DNA of 64,000 nucleotides from a virus, in IMG/VR virus record IMGVR_UViG_3300026097_001200, positions 41,332-105,331 of that record. One strand, written 5' to 3'. This document shows, piece by piece, positions 56,086-64,000 of the stretch (the first letter of the stretch is position 1; each line of letters begins with the position of its first letter). The notes beneath the pieces were generated by a model that was not told the origin of the DNA, ran no database searches, and saw only the letters and a program-made list of their open reading frames with translations. A program made the translations under genes and the position numbers.

Positions 56086-56748
56086 TCACGTGGAGCTCAG
56101 GTTGGTCAAGGTCTGAATTCTAATAGTGTAATCAACCTGTATCTGTCTGTTCAAACTTTTTTGCACTGGATGAAAAATCACGTGTGTGCACAGCCTAAGA
56201 TCAGTTGCACTGCCGTTCCAGGTTTTTATACCCAGCTCGTCGAACACGAAATCGCCATTTAGATCAGTGCTGTTATCGAATGCTTGTTGTCCAGCAGGTT
56301 CGCCGTAATCAAGTAAACAGCTGACCAAAATATCGCTGTATACTCTACCACTTACGTGACTAACAGTGAGTTTATTTCTAACTGGATCTGTGTTTGTGCT
56401 GCTGTTGTCGTCTACAACTTTTTGAAAAGTTTGATTGTACAACGCTGCGTTTTGTCCAGTAACATTTGGCGGCAAGTAAGTGATTACTCCTGTTGGATCA
56501 ACTGCACTTCCTCCATTGCCAAAGCTCATTGCATAAATGTAGCCAGTGTTGCGATTAGCAATAGTTTGTGCCAAACTTTCACTGAAATTTTCATAGTTGA
56601 TTGCATTACGCTTGTCAACAAAAACTTCTTCTGTATCAGGATCAAAAATTTTAATATGTCCTTCAAGCAGAACTCCTGAGTTTTCGTCAGGTACGGTCTG
56701 GTCTTGTGTTTTTTTCATATTTTGCTCTTCTTGGCTATCTTTTTGCAT
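56086..56748 (-). CDS. baseplate-associated virion protein (putative)
   Basis: GHIKIFD, FGNGG, LDYGEP, FDELG and HVIFHPVQKSLNR. CTAAATA lies 6 nt upstream. Confidence 0.7.
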   Translation of the reverse strand: MQKDSQEEQNMKKTQDQTVPDENSGVLLEGHIKIFDPDTEEVFVDKRNAINYENFSESLAQTIANRNTGYIYAMSFGNGGSAVDPTGVITYLPPNVTGQNAALYNQTFQKVVDDNSSTNTDPVRNKLTVSHVSGRVYSDILVSCLLDYGEPAGQQAFDNSTDLNGDFVFDELGIKTWNGSATDLRLCTHVIFHPVQKSLNRQIQVDYTIRIQTLTNLSST

Positions 56749-56754
56749 ATATGT

Positions 56755-56761
56755 TATTTAG
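56755..56761 (-). promoter_or_regulatory. late-promoter-like CTAAATA
   Basis: Minus strand CTAAATA-ACATAT-ATG(56748), with no SD. Confidence 0.6.
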
Positions 56762-56766
56762 TTGGG

Positions 56767-59700
56767 TTATAAACCACGTATAAATCGTGCACCACCTGTG
56801 GTTTGAAGTTGTAATGGCAAATCACTACCAGGAGCATACAGAGATTGAGACTTTCTAACTCTGATCAGTATGTCTAATCCATCTGCAACAGGCTCATCAA
56901 ATGTTATAGTTACAGGATCAAGCAAGTCGACTGTGTAACCTTGCGAGACTGTGATTCCGCCCACATAAACTTCTACTTCGTCTGCGCTTCCGGCACTTAC
57001 GCCAGTGGCTGTATACTCAAGTGTGCTAGTGTCTGCGGACAGTGTGGCACTTTGATACTGATCTTGATACTCACTTTGCAGTCTTTGACTAGGTGTAGCG
57101 TCATACACAACACTGCCCGCTGAGTGGTTGAACACACCAGTGCCTGCTGTTCCTCTGCGCAGTCCTGTGACGGTGTTATTTACAAAATCTATTTCTCTGT
57201 AGGTTATTCTTTCACCGTTTACTAACAGGATTCCAAACTCGCCGTTGGCTGGATCAGCGCCAGGCAGGTTGTTTGCGTTTTCAACATAAATCACAGTAGC
57301 ATCTGTTGCTAAATCCTGTGTTAATACTGTTTGTGTTGTTGGCAACACTCTTAATAAACTGCGATTATTTCGCATGTCATCAAACAGTCTAAACTGTATG
57401 CTGTCTTGTACTCTGTTGTCTGTGTACATTGTAACAGCAATAACATCATCTGTGTCAATTGCGGGCACACTGAGTGTCAAGAAACTGGTGTCAATACCTG
57501 CGGTAACTGTGAATTCATCGCCGGGTGTAATATAGCTACCATTTACGGTAACCCAGACTGCATCTGTTTTTACACCAGCTCTGCCTAGGTCAAATTCAAG
57601 TGTCGTACTTGCTACCGCTGCTTGCCCATCGAAACTGGTTGAATCAAACGGAAACTCGTCAAACCGAGCCACTGCCGGGGTTTCAGTTTCTGTAGGTCCA
57701 ATAAACACCTTGGTAAGCATGTTTAATTGTCGACTGTCTTGGTATGTATAAACCGCAATTTCTTGACTGTCTTCTAGATTCACATTATCGTCGATAACCA
57801 ATAAGTTGCCTGTTAAACTGTAATCGCTGTCTGTGTTTACATATATCTGAACAACACTGCCTTCAGCTGGAGTAGTTGTTAATACAACAGTTCTTGGTAT
57901 ACTACTGCCGTCGTTCGGAAGAACCGTAAAATCTACTCCTAGAGTCAACGGAACGTAGTCTACGTAAACTTGAATCTGGTTGTCTGCTATACCGTTACCC
58001 GGCGTCTCACTGTTAGGATCTGTGTCAAAGCTAGTGGTGCTAGCGTCGCCGATATATTCAACACCAGTTGGAGGACGCAGTCTAGTACCGTCGACTTCTA
58101 CTAGCATGTTTTGATAGGTAGGTCCTTGACGATTCGCATCTAAATCAAACTGTCGAGAACTACCGTCAATAACGAATCGCTGAGGCGCCATTGAGCTGTA
58201 TTCATAATACGGCGTTTGATTTCCCATCACGGTGATAGCAATATAATCAGTGCTTCCGTACACTTGATCGAACACTATGTCTAGTGTTCCGTTGTCTGCT
58301 TCGGTAAGAGCAAAGTCAGTGATCTCTGCACCGTTGATGAAAATCACAGCATCTTGAACTTGATCAAAGTCCACCGGCATGTTTACAGTGTTGTCAACAA
58401 TGTTACTCCCAACCACGCTGGTTCTATCAAGTTGATTGCCACCGCCTAGACCGTATATATCTACAACAACAAAGCTTCCGGAGCCTGCACCTGCAAATAG
58501 ATCAATGGTGTGATTTATGTAATCAACTGTATAATAGGTATCTTCATACAGAGTTTGTCCACTTTTAAGGTTACGTACCACAATGTTGTAAGGAACTTCG
58601 ACACTGTTTGATCCCCAGTCCAATGTTTGATTGCCACTGGTTATTTCATAAACTCTGTGATCAACTGGCCAGGCGTGTCCTCTGTCAAGATAATCGGCAC
58701 CCGGAGTTGAACTGACCAGCATGCTTAAGGTATCAAACATGCTACCAGGTACCAATTCCTCTGGTGCATGACTGTGATAGGTGTCAATATAATCACCACC
58801 GTCTACATTAATATCATCAAGATTGGTTCCTAGATATGTGTCGCTGTAATTGCTTGAATATGCAACATCAATGTCGTATCCGCTGGTTGGGTCAATCAGC
58901 TCCCAGCCAGGCCCGTATACTTGTACTCCAGGATATTCAACTCCGTTTATTAATTGACTTAACTGTAACCCAGCATCTTCAAGATCTGGGTCATATAATC
59001 CCATGGTTCTGTCTACACCACTCAGCGTTGCCGCATCTGTTAGTGTCCAGTCATTTGGTTCGAACGTAGAGCGTCCGCTTGGGCTATTATCAATTGCAGA
59101 TTCAGTGAAAGTAAACACACTTTGTAACAATGTTTCAAAGCTTACTGTATAGTCAACACCTTCTGTTAACACAGTGCCGTTGCGAGTAACAGTGGTAGTG
59201 CTGATGTCTCCCAAAGGTACATCAACAACCACTTGATAATTGTTAATACCGCTGCTCTTCAACTCAGTTACTGTAACTACGCCGTCGGTGTCTGCTATTC
59301 TTATCAGTATTAGTGCATCTGCTGTGTAAACTTTGTTGAGATATCTTACTAGCACACCATTGTTGTATGCAACATCTGCTTGCCAACCTATGATACTTGT
59401 GGTATATTCGTTACGGTCGAATTTCATCACAGTAGACATTGTTCTCACATTGTTAACCTGCATGATCGGTCTTGCTTGAGCACCTGTACCGTTACCGCCC
59501 GAGAATGTCACTACGGGTGTTTCTGTGTATCCGCTGCCTGATGATACTATTTCCACTGAGATTACATTGCCAATGGCGTTAATTCTTGCTCTAGCCACAG
59601 CAGGTACGTCAGCATTACCCGATACTGTGACTTCTGGTTCAACAGTGTATCCGGTTCCGCCTGACACAATCTCGATACTGCTTAATGCAAGCAGATAGGT

Positions 59701-62700
59701 ACCGTACCACTGGTTGTATGGAAAACTTTGCCAAACTTCACTGCTATCAGGCAGACTGCTTTCGTATCTCAGCTCATTGTCTAGTATAGGACTTGTGAAT
59801 TTGTTCTGTGCCTCATTAAAATATGCAGGCAAATCAAAATCGGTTATATCTCCGCTGAACTGATCTTCGCCTGCGTAGGTAAGGTTGAAATCTCGTATTT
59901 TAGTTCTATAAGGTTTTACTTCGTTGATGTAGTCTCTTACAAAGTCTTGGTTGTCTGGCTTGTAGATTTGAAAAGGCTGCAACACACGCAGTGAATGGTC
60001 AACGTCAATGAGACTAGTCTTGTACAACCAATCAGGTGCAATTTGCTCACTGAGCACGTACTTGAATGTCAGTGTCACTGCTTCATTGCGACTGGCAACT
60101 AGATCGTTTATAAACAGTTCTTCGTTGATGCTTTCAATGATTCTTCTTGTTTCGACAATAGGTTCTTGGTCGAAGTATTGTGCATCAAATACTTCGCTGT
60201 CAAATCCAAATTTGCCGATGGCGTAGTCAAACACACTGTCGCTGATTTGGATTGTGCCATTTTGCACTCCTACTCGCGTCCAGGCATTATTTTGAGAATA
60301 GTTGTACAGTTCCCATTGGCCTTGACTGTTGTCTTTTACCTTGATCAATGTACCAGGTATTACACGCAAGCTTGACAAATCAGCAACGTTTTCAACTTCT
60401 TTGTATGCTACAGTGCTATTGCTATAGCCAGTGGCATACCAATTCACATAATTCCAAAATTCTGTAGTATCGTATGTTTGTACAGCTTTGAGACTAAGCT
60501 CACGGGTACTGGTGCCTTCAACTAATGTAATTTCATAAATGGTCCATCTATTTCTGTTATCACTGTCGGTGAGCACAAGGTATCTATAGCCAACGCTTTC
60601 GCTGTTGATATCTTGATAGCCTAGCTCTGTTAGATCAGCAACCTGTTTGTTCCAGCTTTTGTTTGTGTCGGTTTTTTCTGGTATAGGTTCTGCACTGAAT
60701 AGCTTGTTAAAAGTTTTGCTTTCCGCTACTGGCACGCTCTGCAACACTCTGTTGGCAAACTGAATATAGTTTTTTAGTGCAACAAGCCGATCCTCAAACA
60801 TGCTTTGTCTAGGCCTAAACTGTATGCCATATTTGTCTGCGTCACGTAAATCTGGGTCAGGCACTCGGTTTCCGTCGGTGTCTGCACCACTATAACTGTC
60901 CAAGAACTTTCGGAACAGTCTATCGTCTATGAATTGATCTGGCTTGTTTTCTTGGAACAGATCATATTCTACATGTACCGGGCTGTCATTTTTTGTTTCG
61001 TCGTACTCAACATGTAGCACAGTGTCACCGCTGCCGAGATATTGTTCAACATTGTATAGTGCTAGTGCATTATTTCGCAGTGCTGTGATATAACTGATAC
61101 CACTGCTTCTAGGATCTAAAATATACTGAGCTACAGCGTTTGTGCTTAGTGTTTTGTCATGGGATCTAGCAACAGTGTTTAAACCTGTTACCCAGAAATA
61201 ATACACTGTTTCAAAAGTGCCACTGTCGTTCAATGTTGCACTGGTACTATAACTGCTTACACTGTATGGCAATCCAGGGCCGCTGTATTGGCTAGGCGGC
61301 ACACGACTAGATGTCCATTGATAGATGTCCACACTGCTGCCTGGGAACACTGTACCAGCAGTTCGGCTGGCATAGATTGGGCTTCCTTGGTCATAGTCAA
61401 TGAATCTCACATTTTCTGTGTTCCACCAAATTTCGCCAAGGTGTTCTTGTCTCCATGGCTTGCCTACATTGTGTACACTGCCGGCGGTATAAAAAGCTGG
61501 GTCGACACTGCCATTGTAGTTGATATTTTCTGCGGCAGCGCCAAGTATCTTACCTCTCTGAGGATCAACCCAGTCAAGGTAAATTAATTCTGTTTTTGAT
61601 CTACGATCGTATAAGAACACACTGTTCAATAGATCTGTTTCAACTGCCGCTTTTTGCTGACGCTCGACAGCCCAAGCCGGCGATCTTGTTGAATTATCAA
61701 ACACGTATACACTGCCAATGTCTGCTGTGCTAAAGTCGTCAGTTCCGAGTGCACCTACCATTAACCGTCCGCTGGTTTGATTAACTGCAAATCCAAATTG
61801 ATCTGCTGGTGCTAAACTGTTGGTGTATATCAACTGCCCGAACAAGAACTTGCCTGGATTGTCCACGCTGATTTGATAACTGGGCAAATAATCAAATGTA
61901 AACACTGCGCCACATCTTGATGTATTATCTATAAAGCGTGTTGTCTTGCTGTCAAATGTGGTATCGTCATTGACCCAGGTACTAGGTGCTGTTAAATCAT
62001 TGTTTGTGGCACTTACTACTAGACTGTCGGCGTTGGTGTCAATGTCAACTACCTGTCCAAAGTAACCAAAATCAGTTGGTTGTGGTGAATAGATTGTCTG
62101 TGTATGAGCCATCGGTGCCAAGAATAATTCTGCCAATCCAGTGTCTGCAGGATTGCTTAGTCCTGGGCAAATGCGAATCTGATCAAGTTCAGACACAGCA
62201 AGCATGTTAATCACCGAGATTCTCAGTTTATTGTCAACTGCACTGGCTTGGATGTTACTCAAACCAACTGTGCCATTTATGTCATCAACAACATTGGCTA
62301 GGGTACTGCCGGTGAATTCCACATTGATGTCGTTGATTCTAACACTGTTCCCTGGAGTAACACTGGTTACTGTTTGAGCACTGGTAATTGCTCCGTATGC
62401 TCTTGCTTGATTTACCCAGCGTTCTACACTGCCAGTGTCAGGACCTTGTGTGCTGTTTTGAGGTGCACCGATATACAAACTACAGTTTGTTGGGCACTGA
62501 TCAACGGAAAATCCAAAACGTGCTTGTGCTGTAGCATCATCTGCGGTTACTGTTTGCACTAGGTTAAACTGATTGGTTTCAACGGCAACAACGTCGCCAG
62601 TGTCTAGCCCTACTCGAATCTCTCCACTTAGCGGATCTTGATAAGGAGGTATTGTGCTGGGCACAAAACTTTCACCGTGATTCGTATCACTGTTTGGCAT

Positions 62701-64000
62701 GTAAAAAGTTGTGCCAGGGTATTCAGCAAAAGTCATAGCATGTGCACCTGCGCCCATTGGGCCAGTTCCTTGGTCTGCAGATTCAGCTGCAGATTCCAAT
62801 AGATACAGTGGATAAAACAGCCCAGCATCTCCTGCGGTAGGACCGGATGCACTGGTACCATCTACATAAAATGGGCCTTGGTTGATTTCAGATAAAAATC
62901 TAACACTGTTGCCACCTACAATTTCGTATGTGCCATTGGTATACAGATCTGCATCTCGTTGACGAACGTTATTAAGGTAGACACTGGCAGTGCCGTCTAG
63001 AGTGTTTAAAAAGTCTATTGTACTGGTTGAGTCACTTTGTATCACAGTGTTAAATGCACTGCGATCAAACAGATATACAGTGCCTTCATCTGCATCTGCA
63101 CCACTACCGCCGGGTGTACCTATCATAACTTGACGGCCGTCGGTTGTTGTGGTTACACTATGCCCGAATCTAGCTGTGCTGTCTAGTCCTGCAACTGTGA
63201 TGCCGGATGACATTGGTTCATAATAGCTGATTGCGGTATAGGTTATTTCTGCACCGTCGATTGGTGCACTGGTAAACACTACTGTGCCTGCAACTGCCAT
63301 TGTGTAATCTACGCCGGCTTGCTGAATTTCTCCGTCAACGTCAATGCGAATGCTGTCGGCTGTTGTAGCTGTAAAAATGTCTCGCTTGTCAGCTCTGCCC
63401 TGCAGATCAAAAGACACACTGCTTCCGTCGCCTTCGTCTGTGGTAACTGTTCTGCGTCGAATAGTAATAGCAGTATCGTCACTGGGTGCAGTGTCAAATG
63501 TCAACAGTTGGTTGGCAAGATCCACAGTGTAGTCTGTGTAAGCTATAATATTATCGCCTAGTTGAACTTCTATTTCGGTGTCTTGATCAACAACAATAGC
63601 ATTCTGGAAGCTGTACTCAGTGGTAGTACCATCACCTGTGTAACTCACTGACTGTGATTCTAGCTCAATCAATTGATATGCATACACTGTGTTTCTACCA
63701 GGAGCACCTACATATATCCAATTGCTGTTCCGACTCATGGCAACACTGTAGCCAAACTCGTGGTTGTCAGCTGTGTGATTGGGCGGAGTTAACAGTTGAT
63801 GAGCACTGTACTCAGTTTCGTTGTCTGCTTTTCTTAAAACCAGTGCTACGCCACCGGCACCGCCTTGATCAGGTGCGCCGCTTACTGCCCATTCGTCTTG
63901 TCCAATTTTAGTGCTGAATCCCAGCTGTGAAAAATTAGCATTGTTTGCATATTCAGCTAGATTTACAATTTCGCTTCGACTGTAGAAACCTTGCTCAGTG
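56767..64000 (-). CDS. giant virion structural protein (>2400 aa, 5'-truncated) with FG-GAP beta-propeller and Ig-like repeats
   Basis: The frame stays open from 63738 to the window edge (…EFGYSVAMSRN). Repeated FG..V...GAP units, GD(G)...F...V.VNG....G.DYT units, a GSGY...P.VT module and YINEVKPYRTKIR. Confidence 0.85.
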   Translation of the reverse strand, partial: TEQGFYSRSEIVNLAEYANNANFSQLGFSTKIGQDEWAVSGAPDQGGAGGVALVLRKADNETEYSAHQLLTPPNHTADNHEFGYSVAMSRNSNWIYVGAPGRNTVYAYQLIELESQSVSYTGDGTTTEYSFQNAIVVDQDTEIEVQLGDNIIAYTDYTVDLANQLLTFDTAPSDDTAITIRRRTVTTDEGDGSSVSFDLQGRADKRDIFTATTADSIRIDVDGEIQQAGVDYTMAVAGTVVFTSAPIDGAEITYTAISYYEPMSSGITVAGLDSTARFGHSVTTTTDGRQVMIGTPGGSGADADEGTVYLFDRSAFNTVIQSDSTSTIDFLNTLDGTASVYLNNVRQRDADLYTNGTYEIVGGNSVRFLSEINQGPFYVDGTSASGPTAGDAGLFYPLYLLESAAESADQGTGPMGAGAHAMTFAEYPGTTFYMPNSDTNHGESFVPSTIPPYQDPLSGEIRVGLDTGDVVAVETNQFNLVQTVTADDATAQARFGFSVDQCPTNCSLYIGAPQNSTQGPDTGSVERWVNQARAYGAITSAQTVTSVTPGNSVRINDINVEFTGSTLANVVDDINGTVGLSNIQASAVDNKLRISVINMLAVSELDQIRICPGLSNPADTGLAELFLAPMAHTQTIYSPQPTDFGYFGQVVDIDTNADSLVVSATNNDLTAPSTWVNDDTTFDSKTTRFIDNTSRCGAVFTFDYLPSYQISVDNPGKFLFGQLIYTNSLAPADQFGFAVNQTSGRLMVGALGTDDFSTADIGSVYVFDNSTRSPAWAVERQQKAAVETDLLNSVFLYDRRSKTELIYLDWVDPQRGKILGAAAENINYNGSVDPAFYTAGSVHNVGKPWRQEHLGEIWWNTENVRFIDYDQGSPIYASRTAGTVFPGSSVDIYQWTSSRVPPSQYSGPGLPYSVSSYSTSATLNDSGTFETVYYFWVTGLNTVARSHDKTLSTNAVAQYILDPRSSGISYITALRNNALALYNVEQYLGSGDTVLHVEYDETKNDSPVHVEYDLFQENKPDQFIDDRLFRKFLDSYSGADTDGNRVPDPDLRDADKYGIQFRPRQSMFEDRLVALKNYIQFANRVLQSVPVAESKTFNKLFSAEPIPEKTDTNKSWNKQVADLTELGYQDINSESVGYRYLVLTDSDNRNRWTIYEITLVEGTSTRELSLKAVQTYDTTEFWNYVNWYATGYSNSTVAYKEVENVADLSSLRVIPGTLIKVKDNSQGQWELYNYSQNNAWTRVGVQNGTIQISDSVFDYAIGKFGFDSEVFDAQYFDQEPIVETRRIIESINEELFINDLVASRNEAVTLTFKYVLSEQIAPDWLYKTSLIDVDHSLRVLQPFQIYKPDNQDFVRDYINEVKPYRTKIRDFNLTYAGEDQFSGDITDFDLPAYFNEAQNKFTSPILDNELRYESSLPDSSEVWQSFPYNQWYGTYLLALSSIEIVSGGTGYTVEPEVTVSGNADVPAVARARINAIGNVISVEIVSSGSGYTETPVVTFSGGNGTGAQARPIMQVNNVRTMSTVMKFDRNEYTTSIIGWQADVAYNNGVLVRYLNKVYTADALILIRIADTDGVVTVTELKSSGINNYQVVVDVPLGDISTTTVTRNGTVLTEGVDYTVSFETLLQSVFTFTESAIDNSPSGRSTFEPNDWTLTDAATLSGVDRTMGLYDPDLEDAGLQLSQLINGVEYPGVQVYGPGWELIDPTSGYDIDVAYSSNYSDTYLGTNLDDINVDGGDYIDTYHSHAPEELVPGSMFDTLSMLVSSTPGADYLDRGHAWPVDHRVYEITSGNQTLDWGSNSVEVPYNIVVRNLKSGQTLYEDTYYTVDYINHTIDLFAGAGSGSFVVVDIYGLGGGNQLDRTSVVGSNIVDNTVNMPVDFDQVQDAVIFINGAEITDFALTEADNGTLDIVFDQVYGSTDYIAITVMGNQTPYYEYSSMAPQRFVIDGSSRQFDLDANRQGPTYQNMLVEVDGTRLRPPTGVEYIGDASTTSFDTDPNSETPGNGIADNQIQVYVDYVPLTLGVDFTVLPNDGSSIPRTVVLTTTPAEGSVVQIYVNTDSDYSLTGNLLVIDDNVNLEDSQEIAVYTYQDSRQLNMLTKVFIGPTETETPAVARFDEFPFDSTSFDGQAAVASTTLEFDLGRAGVKTDAVWVTVNGSYITPGDEFTVTAGIDTSFLTLSVPAIDTDDVIAVTMYTDNRVQDSIQFRLFDDMRNNRSLLRVLPTTQTVLTQDLATDATVIYVENANNLPGADPANGEFGILLVNGERITYREIDFVNNTVTGLRRGTAGTGVFNHSAGSVVYDATPSQRLQSEYQDQYQSATLSADTSTLEYTATGVSAGSADEVEVYVGGITVSQGYTVDLLDPVTITFDEPVADGLDILIRVRKSQSLYAPGSDLPLQLQTTGGARFIRGL

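Noticed and set aside
1-64000. Alternative genetic code or stop-codon recoding
   Set aside because: Long ORFs tile the window in the standard code, TAG and TGA both end genes at coupled junctions, and the tRNA-Trp anticodon is CCA rather than a suppressor.
1-64000. Bacterial chromosome or prophage-host junction (clpP, fpr, fdxA, dctP look bacterial)
   Set aside because: These genes are isolated among phage genes, lack their usual operon partners (clpX, dctQM) and follow phage-type promoters. No integrase or att site was seen.

Overview
A 64-kb piece of a large (jumbo-type) tailed dsDNA phage genome, read in the standard genetic code and densely coding. Evidence for this: sigma70-like early promoters, T4-late-like TAAATA promoters, three tRNAs, ClpP, ThyX, a gp4-like nuclease, a MoxR/VWA pair and giant virion proteins. 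Layout: (i) 1-6 kb, tailoring enzymes (2OG-Fe oxygenases, radical SAM, GT-like, sulfotransferase, signal-less DctP); (ii) 6-12 kb, early small-ORF region with tRNA-Trp/Asn/Cys and clpP; (iii) 12-27 kb, mixed core and accessory genes (radical SAMs, RNase H-like, orphan tail fibre, AAA+VWA, thyX); (iv) 27-53.7 kb, a ~27-kb biosynthetic island; (v) 53.7-64 kb, Ser/Thr-rich virion proteins, the last one truncated by the window edge. The island holds 8 near-tandem radical SAM enzymes (11 in the window, 8 with an N-terminal Twitch/SPASM-like domain), its own ferredoxin and ferredoxin-NADP reductase, a carbamoyltransferase, an amidinotransferase, a cytidylyltransferase, SGNH, methyltransferase and sulfotransferase-like proteins, and several glycosyltransferases. 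The best candidate for an undescribed system is this self-contained radical-SAM/glycan-tailoring pathway directly downstream of the virion genes. It comes with apparently leaderless late transcripts and two hairpins that carry a late-promoter-like motif in their loop or bulge. All functional calls come from motifs read by eye; no database search was run.
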